Assembly: GCA_000002445.1 (NCBI GenBank)
Contig: CM000207.1
Span: 2,368,001-2,432,000 of the forward strand
Source: Trypanosoma brucei
Lineage: Eukaryota
Length of the DNA stretch: 64,000 nt
Direction of reading: 5' to 3'
The notes under the pieces are model-generated. The model ran no database searches, had not been told where the DNA came from, and saw nothing but the letters and a program-made list of their open reading frames with translations. Within the stretch, counting starts at the first letter, position 1. Each line of letters starts with the position of its first letter. This document shows, one piece after another, positions 22,475 through 33,269 of the stretch. Position numbers and translations under genes: made by a program.

Positions 22475-23486
22475 GAGGTTGCAACTCCATGAATTGTGAT
22501 CCCAACCATTCCACTTGTCTCCACACAGTTATGTGCACATACAAGTGGGGCAGCAAACATCCTTTCATATTAACCTTATTTTCTATCAGTGGCTATTAAT
22601 ATTGTTATTTTATTTTGTTTCATTTATACTTTCACTTTTATTATTCTTTTTACTTTACTTTACTTTTCCTTTCATTATTTTATCTTTCGAATATCTGTTG
22701 TAGCTTTTATCCTTCATTTTTATAACTGATTTTCTAGTGTGTTTATTGCCCTACTTTTAGTTGTATTTTTTCCTTTATTACCTTATTTTTCATTATTTTA
22801 TTCATGTATTGCACTGAGGTGATTGCGTGTAAGCATGGCCATCTATGCGTTACAATAGTGACACTTTTTTAATCAAAATCTATCATTCCTACGCATCCAT
22901 AATGTCCTATTGTATGCGTAAAGCTAACTGATTCTGAGGGTTTTTATTTTATCATGAAGCAAAACTGTTACACTGTGGGTTTACCTTCACATATCTCTCT
23001 CCCATTACTCATTACACTTATTTTATGTTGAATTCTCTCCCTTTTTATTTCATATCTCTATATTTTATGTTACTGTCAGTAGGTTGTATCGTAATAGTGT
23101 AGGATACCCTAAATACTCAATACATGTGCTCTTACTGATTCCATCAGATATTGATATTATCGTGTCTAATGAAATGACTATTGGAAGTTTGGGTGTGTGC
23201 TATTGCATTGCCTCTCTGCTTTGTAATTATGATATTTGATTTCCACTGTCACTTAGAATTGTATTTAGTAGGGAGTGGGGACAGTTCCATGCTGTGATGT
23301 GTGCAGTGTGCTTAAATGATGAGCTGATTGACTGTAATGGTGTCACTACTCATATTGATACTATTGTTGTTGCTATTCTTTGTATTTCCCACTGTTGATT
23401 CCGTTAATCTCTCCTAATTCTCATGACAAGAATCCACTACAAGACAGCAGACACAAGTTTCGATACCATCCAAATTAATAACAATT

Positions 23487-24269
23487 ATGAGCATCACTTT
23501 TCATAACTTATGGCTACTTTTGACAGTGTTATGCACTGCAGGTATTCGTGCTGACGATATCTTGAATAATTGCTCTGCTGGTAGGAAACCCCCACCGGCA
23601 GTATACGTAACTGCCTTGTGTCGTGTGGCGGAACAACTTCGAGGGTTAGGAGGGACTATTAGTTCCTCTCTTCTTACTGTAACTTCCGCGTCAAGTAAAG
23701 CATTCAAAGCAAAGGTACAAGCAGAGAAGGCTGTGAAACTTGCCGAGTCGAGAGGCCTAAACGTTACGAAAGCGAAGGAAGCTGCTGTGAGAGCAACACT
23801 CGCTGCTGAAGCTGCGGCCACGGCTGTGAGCTATTGTATTACCCATTCTACGAAAGTTGGGTCAATTGCAGAGATGCTATGGGAGGTAGATGAGGAGCTG
23901 CATGTTTTTTCGTTATGTGGTAACAAAGACAGGGATGTACAAGATACGGCATTAAAGTGTACTGATACAGCGGAAGGTGTAACAGCCCAATCGCTCAGTG
24001 AGGCGCTAGAAGGGTTAGCTAAATTAGTTTTTGACGACAACGTTGCTAGAAAGTTGCGGCAGGAAGATACTGTGTTCCAGAGAGAATTTATGTGGTTACA
24101 GCAGCACATGGAGGAGGCTGTCCGTGCACAAAAACAAGCTGAGGATGCAGCTGCAGATGCAAATGAAACAGCCGGCCCAAATACGGGACCAGTTGTGAAT
24201 TCTGTTGCATCACCTGAAGGGTCAGTGCTGCTACTGATGGCTGGACTGTTTCTCGGTTCTGTACTGTAA
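23487..24269 (+). CDS. BARP: BARP-family paralogue (260 aa), last in the array, 'AVSYCITHSTKVGS' subtype
   Basis: Core has K-for-E changes ('AFKAKVQAEKAVKLAESRG'). C-half is related to the 8962/12595 subtype. The downstream spacer is degenerate. Confidence 0.72.
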   Translation: MSITFHNLWLLLTVLCTAGIRADDILNNCSAGRKPPPAVYVTALCRVAEQLRGLGGTISSSLLTVTSASSKAFKAKVQAEKAVKLAESRGLNVTKAKEAAVRATLAAEAAATAVSYCITHSTKVGSIAEMLWEVDEELHVFSLCGNKDRDVQDTALKCTDTAEGVTAQSLSEALEGLAKLVFDDNVARKLRQEDTVFQREFMWLQQHMEEAVRAQKQAEDAAADANETAGPNTGPVVNSVASPEGSVLLLMAGLFLGSVL

Positions 24270-25446
24270 GAGGTTGCAACTCCATGAATTGTGATCCCAA
24301 CCATTCCACTTGTCTCCACACAGTTATGTGCACATACAAGTGAGGCAGCAAACATCCTTTCATATTAACCTTATTTTCTATCGATAATTATATATTTTTT
24401 AAAATTTCCTTTATATTTTCACTTTTATTATTCTTTTTACTTTACTTTACTTTTCCTTTACTGTGTTATCTTTCGAATATCTGTTGTAGCTTTTGTCCTT
24501 TATTTTCTTAATTTTTTTTAATTGTCGGGAAAGTCTCGTAATTAATAAAAATAAGTTTTTTATTACCTTTTTTTTTAATTATTTTATTCATGTATTGCAC
24601 TGAGGTGATTGCGTGTAAGCATGGCCACCTATGCGTTACCATTGTAAAACCGTTTTGCTAAAATCTATCATTTCTACGCATCCATAATGTCCTATTGTAT
24701 GCGTAAAGCTAACTGATTCTGAGGGTTTTTATTTTATCATGAAGCAAAACTGTTACACTGTGGGTTTACCTTCACATATCTCTCTCCCATTACTCATTAC
24801 ACTTATTTTATGTTGTATTCTCTCCCTTTTTATTTCATATCTCTATATTTTATGTTACTGTCAGTAGGTTGTATCGTAATAGTGTAGGATACCCTAAATG
24901 CTCAATACATGTGCTCTTACTGATTCCATCAGATATTGATATTATCGTGTCTAATGAAATGACTATTGGAAGTTTGGGTGTGTGCTATTGCATTGCCTCT
25001 CTGCTTTGTAATTATAATATTTGATTTGTTCTTGCATCGTGTTATGTTTTTATGTTTCTTTTTTGTTTATAGGATAGTATTATTTTTTGTTATGATGTTG
25101 AAATTTCGTACTTCAAAAAAAATATTAGTGGTGTAATATCCTTTCCTTTGTCGGTTATTTAGTTTTTCTCTTGACACCTTGTTTCTATTGTTATTGACCT
25201 TTTTTTCCCCCATTCTTTTAATCATTTACTTTCTTCTTTTTTAATATATGTGTACTTTATAGTTTCTTTATGTTCTAATATTGCTTGTTCGTGTTATTGT
25301 GTTGGTGCGAAAATAATTCATTTTTTTTTTTGTCGTTGTTTCATATATCCTTGTGCATATTTTTCTTTGGCTTCTCTTTTGTAGTAATAAGTGTGGAAGG
25401 TGGAGGGCGGAGGGAACGAGTGAGTTTTAATACAAATTAGTCGTAG

Positions 25447-26487
25447 ATGCACTCATGTTGGATTGGTTCGCTGTTACTACTAGTGGGACTTATGTTTTTT
25501 AGTATTGTTTGCCGAGCAAATGGAACGGAAGTGAAGCCGCTGGAAGAAAGTGCAGAGGATATTTGTGCGGCCATGAAGTCCCTTAATACCGTAAATAACA
25601 CTGTACAAAATATTATTACCACCATACGCAATCACAAGGCGAAATTGATACGCTATCTCCAGGATGTAGAGACGGCATTTGAAAGGACGAGTAGCGCAGC
25701 CGCTGCAGCGAAACAATACGGGGGAACCTTCCGAACTGCGTCGGTGGCATCAAAAATTGCGAATGACGCAATGTCCAACTCCACGCGGGCCATGTTGGAT
25801 GCTGAAACGAGTCACAACACGACTCTTATTATTGAGGCGGCGGCGAATATTGAAGCACAGAGCGCGAGAGACAACGCAACTGCCGCCGCTGTGGCACTTC
25901 AGGCGATATGGAAAACGACAGTTGGCACTGCCAGACTTCAAGCGAACCATACGGATTGTGTGTATACACCAGCTGATCAGATGTTGACGTCCCAGAAGCT
26001 GAATGAGCACAAAGAGAAGCTGGTGGTAACAGATAGCAAATATAATGATGAACACAAGGAGTTGAAGGAGCTTTGGGCGCGGAGTTATCTGAAGCTCTTC
26101 CTCCCGCTCGACCAGCTCCATATGTTATTGCAAAAGTTGGAATGGGATGTTGCCACAACGTCAGAGATGGAAACCACTGCAGAAAAGGCAGCTGATGCAG
26201 CAGTAGCGGCGCAAGAGGATGTTGAGAAGGCGGCAGAGTTGGCGGCGGAGAGTGCGACAGAATCTGTACGGGCAAAACGATACTCTGATCGTGTCGCAAG
26301 AGGGAATATGAAATTTAAAACCATCGCAGGATTTCATGAGGAACCTCTACCCGAGGTCGTCCCTCGTCCCGGGGCAAAGGCATCTGCCGCGTCCGATCCA
26401 TTGGAAAATGAAGACGGCGCTTTTTATGTGTCCAGGGGAATAATGCCGCTCAGTCAAGCTTTTTTCGTAATTGCGTTTACCATATAA
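25447..26487 (+). CDS. Alanine-rich secreted/GPI-type protein (346 aa), possible distant BARP/GARP-like (Fam50-like) relative
   Basis: N-terminal signal peptide 'MHSCWIGSLLLLVGLMFFSIVCRANG'. Ala/Glu-rich helical-looking stretches ('AEKAADAAVAAQEDVEKAAELAAESATESV' cf. BARP 'VEEAVRAQKQAEDAAADA'). Several NxT/S sites. C-terminal hydrophobic tail 'GIMPLSQAFFVIAFTI'. Preceded by a T-rich tract at 25150-25400. Confidence 0.6.
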   Translation: MHSCWIGSLLLLVGLMFFSIVCRANGTEVKPLEESAEDICAAMKSLNTVNNTVQNIITTIRNHKAKLIRYLQDVETAFERTSSAAAAAKQYGGTFRTASVASKIANDAMSNSTRAMLDAETSHNTTLIIEAAANIEAQSARDNATAAAVALQAIWKTTVGTARLQANHTDCVYTPADQMLTSQKLNEHKEKLVVTDSKYNDEHKELKELWARSYLKLFLPLDQLHMLLQKLEWDVATTSEMETTAEKAADAAVAAQEDVEKAAELAAESATESVRAKRYSDRVARGNMKFKTIAGFHEEPLPEVVPRPGAKASAASDPLENEDGAFYVSRGIMPLSQAFFVIAFTI

Positions 26488-28156
26488 CCGCGATTGGCAA
26501 ACTCGAAGCATAGATATATTTTAATTTCCATTCATGGATGCATATGGACCCGTTCGCAAAATGCTGTGAGGCGGTTTTGCCGAATCTTCACTCTCTGCCT
26601 GTTCGTGTGTTGCTCGAGTGAGCCATTCAGTTCTACGTCTGTTGCGCTTGCTTTTGGTTTGGGTTTTGGATTGGTGGTATAGAATGTTGTGTTGTTAAGG
26701 TTGTTCGTTTTGTTGGTGTCTTTGCTTTGTCTTGCTTCGCTTGTCCCTCTTCCACACCAATTCTTGAAGCGGTTGTGTGTATAAAGGAGGAAGGAGACAG
26801 TTGGGTGTTTGAATTTTCCGACCCCGCACATTGGTCGAATGGCTAGCATGTTTCATTCTTTCGCAGTTCGATGCATATTCCCATATAGATATATTTTTAA
26901 TATACCAACTTGTGTGTTTGTGAGTGATTTTTTTTGTTTTGCTTTTGCTTTTGTTCACTCGCGTTTGCGTCCTCATAGTTGGTAATATCGGTGGGCCTTG
27001 CCATTCACTTCTTCCCTCATTAGACGATTGGTTATCAGGTAGAAGCTATGCTCCATCCTCTTCCCCCTCCCCTCTGTGTGCTTTAAAATAATTCGAAAGT
27101 TCATCGATTTATCACACATTTCTCGAAGGGAACTCGTCTTTGCTTCACTCTGTTCAACAATACAACAATTTTTGTCGGAACAGAAACTCATTATTGCTTT
27201 TCGCTTTACCCTTCATTATTTATAGATGCGCAATGACAAATAAACAAGATTTATGTAGTTAAACATAGTGGGCACCTTTCACTCACAAGCACTCATGCGT
27301 GAGAGTAAATTATAAAAGAAAGATGTTGTCATTTGATGGATTTAAATCTTGTCTGGTCGTGAAAACGTGAAAGAATTCACGCAACTTTGCATTCCTTTGC
27401 AGTCGCTTTTTATCGCTGACGGCGCGCATTCTTTACTTTGTGGTCGCTTCTGTTTCATGCCGATTAGTCTGGTGAACAAATGGAAGTGCTATGCCCGAAT
27501 TTATTAACATAATAATTATTGACTATATGATGCACCGTGATAGGGTTGTGTCGCATTCGGTATTGTTGGATATGAAATGAATTTTTGAACTTGACCACGT
27601 GGGTGGGGGTGGGGGGACGCGAAAATATAGTGGCAGTGAGCGCTGCATGGAGCACTTTGGCAGCATTCTGTCGGGTAAGATCTGCATAAACGCGTATACA
27701 TATGCCTGTAAATATACAAATGCGCACGCACGTAATTGGTTTTCGTTAGATGCAATACAAAGTATTTAGCCGCTCACTTGGTTTCACCCTTTTTTGTGTG
27801 CGTGTTTTGCTTTTGATGTCGCTGTCTCTTTTAGTGGGATGCACCTATATATAGATAGATAAAGATATTATGTTTATGTATTGTGTTTTGTTGCTTCATT
27901 ACTTGCGAGACCACGTATAATGTATATAAGCATATACGCAGAGAAGCTGCTTTGGGGAAGGTGACGGATGCTTGGCAAGGTGAATATCTGTTGAAAAACA
28001 AGTGGAAACCCCCTGCTTTTATTTCTTTTCTCCTTGTTTCTTGTCGTTGAATAGATTTCTGCAAGTTACCGTTAATATTCGGTGACTGAGGTGTTCAAGA
28101 ACTGCCATTTTTAAAGGAAAAGGAAAGGAAAACGTCGGTGCACAAATATAAACAAC

Positions 28157-31100
28157 ATGAGTTGTTTAAGAAGCATCTCGCTGTCGGTACCTCCGCACGC
28201 CCTTTCGACGTTCAGCAGAACGGGAATGTTATATGTTATGTATGTCTTGCTTCTTCTCATGCCCTATCCGCTGCAAGTGCACGGCGCTCCAGCAAACATC
28301 AACGTTAAGGTTTTACTTTGTACCTGGAACACGCGTGTACCAAAAATTTTCACCACCGCAGTTAACGCTGGTTTCAATGCGTCAATGGAATCACGCAATT
28401 GGACCATAGCCGACAGGGTGAAGGTGCAGGTAGTTCAATCCAGTACGAGTCACAAAACCCCGGAAGAATTTATCAAAGACGAGTTGAGTAAGGAAACAGA
28501 CAAGAGTGGCATCACGATTGTGTTTGGCCCCGTAGGTGACGACACTACGCTGGATTCTATTTCTGAGTTGCAGAAGCACGAGGTGGTTGCGTTCGGTCCC
28601 ATGACTGGATCTGGAGAGGTTCGGCGGTGGGTTCGTGAGCTCTATTTTCTACGCCCAAGCCCAACAATCGAAACCATGGTGCTCATTCGACATGCATTGG
28701 GTCATCTAGGTGTATTGCGACTGGGTTTCATGTATCTGCAGGGCCATCATTATGGAGAGAAAGAGTATGAGGTGGCATTGCGGGTAATGGAAGAAATGGG
28801 CTACCAACTTTGCGGTGTCTTTGTTGTGTTAAATGTTAACGATAAACCCGCACCCGACAAGGAATTCAACGCAGTGTTTGAGCGTTTTGCAGCTACTAAG
28901 CCACAGGCTGTGCTTTTGTTTGGTGCTCCCAAATCCGACACGGGGAGGTTCCTGAGGAAGTTGGTGGCGGACCGACGCACCTCTGGGGCCTACGTCCTCG
29001 CTCCCTCTGGGGCGCAGGTGTTTCTGGAACTTATGTGGAAACGAGTTCTGCTTGACAGTCAAGTCTCCCCCTTCCCCGGGAAGCTGCTCATTGCTGGCAC
29101 CAACCCACTTGCGAAGAACGAACAGTACGTGGCCATAAAACGCTTTCAAGAGGTGATGCGAGAGTATCTGAAGACTCACACCAGCGAAACGGGCATCACG
29201 GACCCGAACTACTTCTTGAAACATGACACAGATGGTGAAATGATGGTGTACGGCTGGGCTGCTGGCGAGGTGCTGTCGCAGGCGCTAAGCGTCCCTGAGT
29301 GGCTCAAGGACAGGACAACATTCATGGACTCGCTGTATAATCAGCGCCGATACGTTATTGCTGACTTTGTAATTGGCGACTTCGGTGGTGATTGCGAAGG
29401 GGAAGCAGCCAAGCAGGGTGCCGTCTGTTATTGCAACCAAGGTGGAAATGTGGTGTACGTGAGAGAGGTTGAGGATGATTTCAGCATGCAAACGCCGAAA
29501 GATGGCACGGTGGGACTGGCCGCACTGCGCTGCAATGCTGACTCGGTAACGCTACATTCCCCATTGAATGGGCTTGTTATTTTCTTTGGTGACAACACAA
29601 TTGCCGTGAAAGCGACCGCGGCGTGGCTTGTTGGCGCCCTCCGCCACGATACCGGGTCACTAGAGTATTCAGGCCAACTCTTTCTGCACGCATTTGGCAC
29701 CACCACATCTGACTCTGCGAAGGCCCTGAAGGAAGAGAAGAAAAAACGAACTGTCACCGCCGTGTTCGGCATTGTGACGAAAGCGCTTATGAAAATGACC
29801 AACACGCTGTTCATTGACCCAATAACAATTGAACCCCAGTTGAACAAGTTCCGGAGGCATGTGATTCACCTCTCCCCAACGGTGGAGCAGCAAATCTACG
29901 TGCTAACACGCTACCTCTCCAACAACAGTGGTAAAGAGGCAAATGCCATTGTTTGCGCTGCAGAAGCGCATGGTATAATGAAGGTTATCCGAAAGTCCTT
30001 GGAAAAGTGGGGAGGTTCGCTGAATATCTCACTGGTGCGCAGGAGGGGTGCCGCGCTTACCGGCCACCTTCCCACCAGCGGGGCAGTGTTTGTTTTCGGT
30101 ATATCTGCCGCTGACGTTGATGTGATTGAGAGGCACCTCGCTGCGCATAGTGAACTTCGTGTGCTTGTCCTTTTCTCCGAGGTGGCATTGCTTTATGAGA
30201 AGTTTGTCACGGCCTTCAACGGCAGCGCCGCGGCCCCTCGCCTCGTGTTTGCCACCAACCTTCCACACTGGTATGACAATGAAACATCGTCACCAACAAT
30301 CCTGAAGTTTCACGCCACAGTGGAGAGCCGAGAAAAGTGGACGCCAATGACACTAATGGGCTTCGTTACCGGGACGCTGATGAGTCTGGCGCTCTTGCGC
30401 GTGGAACGGGTAAACATGAGCACGCTTGCAAACTTCTTCTTCGTTGAATCCTCCGTAAATGTCGACGACATGCGGTATGGCGTCTTTAGCGACTCGGAGT
30501 GTGGTTCGGGGGAAACCGGATATGGCGATATGTGCCGCACCAACTATGGGGCGACGCGCATTAGTGTGTGGTCCATGTCGCGTGTATTTAATGCTTCAAT
30601 CGAGCTGCTCGCCGAGCCCGTGACACCTTCCTTGAAGTTTTTATTGGAGTGGGACGGGCTTACCAGGGCTCAGCTGGTAGGAATCATTGTCGGTTCCACC
30701 CTCTTCGTGATGCTGCTTGCTGCGCTCGGTGTTTTTATGCACATCACCTTACGTGATGCCCGCGATAATGTGAGTGCACCTATGGACCCGACGGACCCCG
30801 TGACGCTCATCTTCACGGATATTGAAAACAGCACGTCGCAGTGGGCCTCACATCCCAATGTCATGGCCGATGCCGTTGCCGCGCATCACTCTCTGATACG
30901 GACACTAATTGGGAACTATGATTGCTACGAAGTGAAGACCATAGGTGACTCTTTCATGATTGCGAGCAAGAGTGCCACGGCGGCAGTGAGGCTTGCCCGC
31001 GATTTGCAGCGCTGCTTTCTAAACTACCGTTGGGGTACGGACAGCATCGACAACTTCTACCGTGCTGAGGAAAAACAAGTGGCTGAGTTGAACAGCAAGG

Positions 31101-31885
31101 CCGAACCCCCGAGCGCCCAACTGGACCCCGAAGTGTACAGGAAACTGTGGAATGGCCTCCGCATCCGTGCTGGGATCCACACCGGGTTGTGTGATATTCG
31201 GTACGACGAGGTGACGAAAGGATATGACTATTACGGTCAAACGGCAAACATGGCTGCCCGCACGGAGAGCATTGCGAATGGTGGACAAGTGCTTCTGACA
31301 CGTGCAACGTACTTCTCTCTAAGTACAGCGGAACGTGAGCAACTTGATGTGACTGCACTTGGTTCCGTGCCACTGCGGGGTGTACCCGAACCCGTGGAAA
31401 TATATCAACTGGATGCTGTTCCTGGGCGAACCTTTGCGCCGCTGCGTCTAGATCACGAGGCATATGTGGCGGATGAGAGCAGTGATGTTTCCCATACGAC
31501 CTTCAACGACTGCATGTCAATTTCCTCTCAACTAGGAGCAGGTGGGGAAAGTGTTTCCAATGTTTTGCACGCCCTACTCGGCACATTCACAATTGTTCAG
31601 CGGCAGAAGGAATTGACGGCAATATGTGAGCGCTGGCGTGTCCCTCTTCCACCCTGGAAGGAAGCCGTGTGGAATGATGAATATTATCAGGAAGCTATAC
31701 ATCGCCTTGCAGTTAAGGTGGGTCACATTGTCGATGTCGCCGCAGTCGAGCGTGTTGGACGCCCTACGGAATCATCGGACAGCTCCTCCGTCATTTTGAT
31801 TTCTAATCCTGCGGTGGATCAATCCACGGAAGATTTGGAAGGCGATGCTTTTGAATGCGGTTGGGAGGAAAAGGGGAAGCAGTAG
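28157..31885 (+). CDS. GRESAG4: Receptor-type adenylate cyclase (GRESAG4 family): large extracellular domain, single TM, class III cyclase catalytic domain
   Basis: 1242-aa ORF. TM helix 'LVGIIVGSTLFVMLLAALGVFMHI' (~30670-30750). It is followed by the cyclase catalytic core 'LIFTDIENSTSQWASHPNVMADAVAAHHSLIRTLIGNYDCYEVKTIGDSFMIASKS ... GIHTGLCDIRYDEVTKGYDYYGQTANMAARTES' (ends 'IANGGQVLLT'). The true start may be the Met at 28226 ('MLYVMYVLLLLMPYPLQVHG' = signal peptide). Confidence 0.9.
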   Translation: MSCLRSISLSVPPHALSTFSRTGMLYVMYVLLLLMPYPLQVHGAPANINVKVLLCTWNTRVPKIFTTAVNAGFNASMESRNWTIADRVKVQVVQSSTSHKTPEEFIKDELSKETDKSGITIVFGPVGDDTTLDSISELQKHEVVAFGPMTGSGEVRRWVRELYFLRPSPTIETMVLIRHALGHLGVLRLGFMYLQGHHYGEKEYEVALRVMEEMGYQLCGVFVVLNVNDKPAPDKEFNAVFERFAATKPQAVLLFGAPKSDTGRFLRKLVADRRTSGAYVLAPSGAQVFLELMWKRVLLDSQVSPFPGKLLIAGTNPLAKNEQYVAIKRFQEVMREYLKTHTSETGITDPNYFLKHDTDGEMMVYGWAAGEVLSQALSVPEWLKDRTTFMDSLYNQRRYVIADFVIGDFGGDCEGEAAKQGAVCYCNQGGNVVYVREVEDDFSMQTPKDGTVGLAALRCNADSVTLHSPLNGLVIFFGDNTIAVKATAAWLVGALRHDTGSLEYSGQLFLHAFGTTTSDSAKALKEEKKKRTVTAVFGIVTKALMKMTNTLFIDPITIEPQLNKFRRHVIHLSPTVEQQIYVLTRYLSNNSGKEANAIVCAAEAHGIMKVIRKSLEKWGGSLNISLVRRRGAALTGHLPTSGAVFVFGISAADVDVIERHLAAHSELRVLVLFSEVALLYEKFVTAFNGSAAAPRLVFATNLPHWYDNETSSPTILKFHATVESREKWTPMTLMGFVTGTLMSLALLRVERVNMSTLANFFFVESSVNVDDMRYGVFSDSECGSGETGYGDMCRTNYGATRISVWSMSRVFNASIELLAEPVTPSLKFLLEWDGLTRAQLVGIIVGSTLFVMLLAALGVFMHITLRDARDNVSAPMDPTDPVTLIFTDIENSTSQWASHPNVMADAVAAHHSLIRTLIGNYDCYEVKTIGDSFMIASKSATAAVRLARDLQRCFLNYRWGTDSIDNFYRAEEKQVAELNSKAEPPSAQLDPEVYRKLWNGLRIRAGIHTGLCDIRYDEVTKGYDYYGQTANMAARTESIANGGQVLLTRATYFSLSTAEREQLDVTALGSVPLRGVPEPVEIYQLDAVPGRTFAPLRLDHEAYVADESSDVSHTTFNDCMSISSQLGAGGESVSNVLHALLGTFTIVQRQKELTAICERWRVPLPPWKEAVWNDEYYQEAIHRLAVKVGHIVDVAAVERVGRPTESSDSSSVILISNPAVDQSTEDLEGDAFECGWEEKGKQ

Positions 31886-32138
31886 TAACAGCAGTAGTGA
31901 ATTGAAGTCGATCAGACAATTGTGAGTGCTGCCGGCAGCACTTGAGGTAAATTAACGTGAGGCGGTTTTTTTTCCTTTCCTCTCTGTTTCTCACGTTTCA
32001 TCTCTTCTTGATTTATTTTTACTTTTGTGTGCGTGTTTCGTCGTGTTTTGTTTTGCGTCTCAGTTGAACTGTGGTCACATGTCCTCTTTTTACATCTTAA
32101 CGTTGCCTTCAGAGTGTCTTAATCCATTTATAAATGTT

Positions 32139-32161
32139 TATATATATATATATATATATAT
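32139..32161. repeat. (TA)n microsatellite
   Basis: 'tatatatatatatatatatatat' seen directly. Confidence 0.9.
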
Positions 32162-32770
32162 GTGCGTGTTTATTTATTTACTTATTTTGTTATTCAAACT
32201 GGTTCCGAGGAATGTATGTGGATGTCTATATGTATATTCCTTTGTTTTGTTGTTGTGGGGACGTATCCCACGGGGTTCCCTCATTTAACGACTGAAGGAT
32301 GAAGGTGAAGTCCACGTAATATTTGGCGGTGGAATGCTTCCTTTCATTTATTTTCATGGCTTGATGGCTTTGGCTTGTTTTGGTTTCAGTTTTAATTTTA
32401 TTTTTCAATTTTGGTAATTTATTTTTTTATTTAAAGTTTTCATCCATTTTATTTACCTTTGTTTTTTACCATGTACATTTTTACTTCCCCTCACCTCATA
32501 ATATAACTGCATGTATGCGCGCGTGTGCATGTATGTATGTGTGTTCCACTCTCCTCTCTCTTTTCTTTCCACTCTTTTTCTTTTTCTTTACCTTCCTTTT
32601 TTTTGGGGGTTGTTGTTGTTGTTTTTATTTCATTACATTTCGTAAAGATAACGGCTGCAGTGGTTCTTGTGCTTAATGTTTATAAGCGTGTCGTGTATGA
32701 AACGTCGTTTGCCTTCACTTAACTCCTCATGCACACAAAAGGTGGATATTTCCTCAATACACACACGAAT

Positions 32771-32809
<39 letters not shown>
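32771..32809. repeat. Compound (AC)n-(AT)n microsatellite
   Basis: 'acacacacacacacacatatatatatatatatatatata' seen directly. Confidence 0.9.
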
Positions 32810-33248
32810 ATTTATATGGATTTATATGTTCTTATGTTTGTTTATGTGTGTGTTTATATGTATGTTTGTTTGTGCTTGTTTAGATGTTCTGTTTTGTCTT
32901 GTTTTGCCATATAAATTTATTACTATTGTGAACGGTTTGTCAAATAATAAAAACATTAAAAACCTCTCCCCTCCTTTCCCCTTCCTCAAAAAGGGAAAAA
33001 ACAGAAAGAAAAAGGAGTGGTGACGCACCGCTCTCCTTTGGTTTATTATTTGCTTAGATTTGTTTGTTTTCTTCGTTGTTGCTGGCATATAATAATCTAA
33101 GATTTTGTCTCTTCCATCTCTCCTCTTTTTCTCGGCTGTTTGTTTGTGTTTTTGTGTGTTTTTTTCCTTTTATCAAACGTACATGAATATATATATATAT
33201 GTATATTACTTTTGTTTTAGTCCTCTGATGATGTCGGCATTGCTTCCT

Positions 33249-33269
33249 TGTGTGTGTGTGTGTGTGTGT
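33249..33269. repeat. (TG)n microsatellite
   Basis: 'tgtgtgtgtgtgtgtgtgtg' seen directly. Confidence 0.9.

Larger units (their letters stand above)
1..25020 (+). repeat. Tandem gene array, ~1.78-1.94 kb unit, 14 copies. The array continues upstream of the window and ends inside a spacer at ~25020.
   Basis: ATG-to-ATG spacing of 1775-1940 bp. The spacers are near-identical (conserved ~100-nt post-stop element, T-rich tract, then a ~700-nt conserved block ending 'caagacagcagacacaagtttcgataccatcc...aattATG'). Periodicity is lost after 25020. Confidence 0.95.

Noticed and set aside
1-25020. Regularly spaced repeat array as a CRISPR-like structure
   Set aside because: The units are 1.8 kb protein-coding genes with signal peptides and GPI signals, in eukaryotic (trypanosomatid) context. 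They are not 25-50-bp repeat/spacer units.
28157-28225. N-terminal 23 codons of the cyclase ORF and 24 codons of the 36132 ORF
   Set aside because: In both cases a strong signal peptide begins at the second Met. For 36132 the intervening codons are a polypyrimidine splice-acceptor tract. The upstream ATGs are probably not the biological starts, and the TFR-like gene is reported from 36204.
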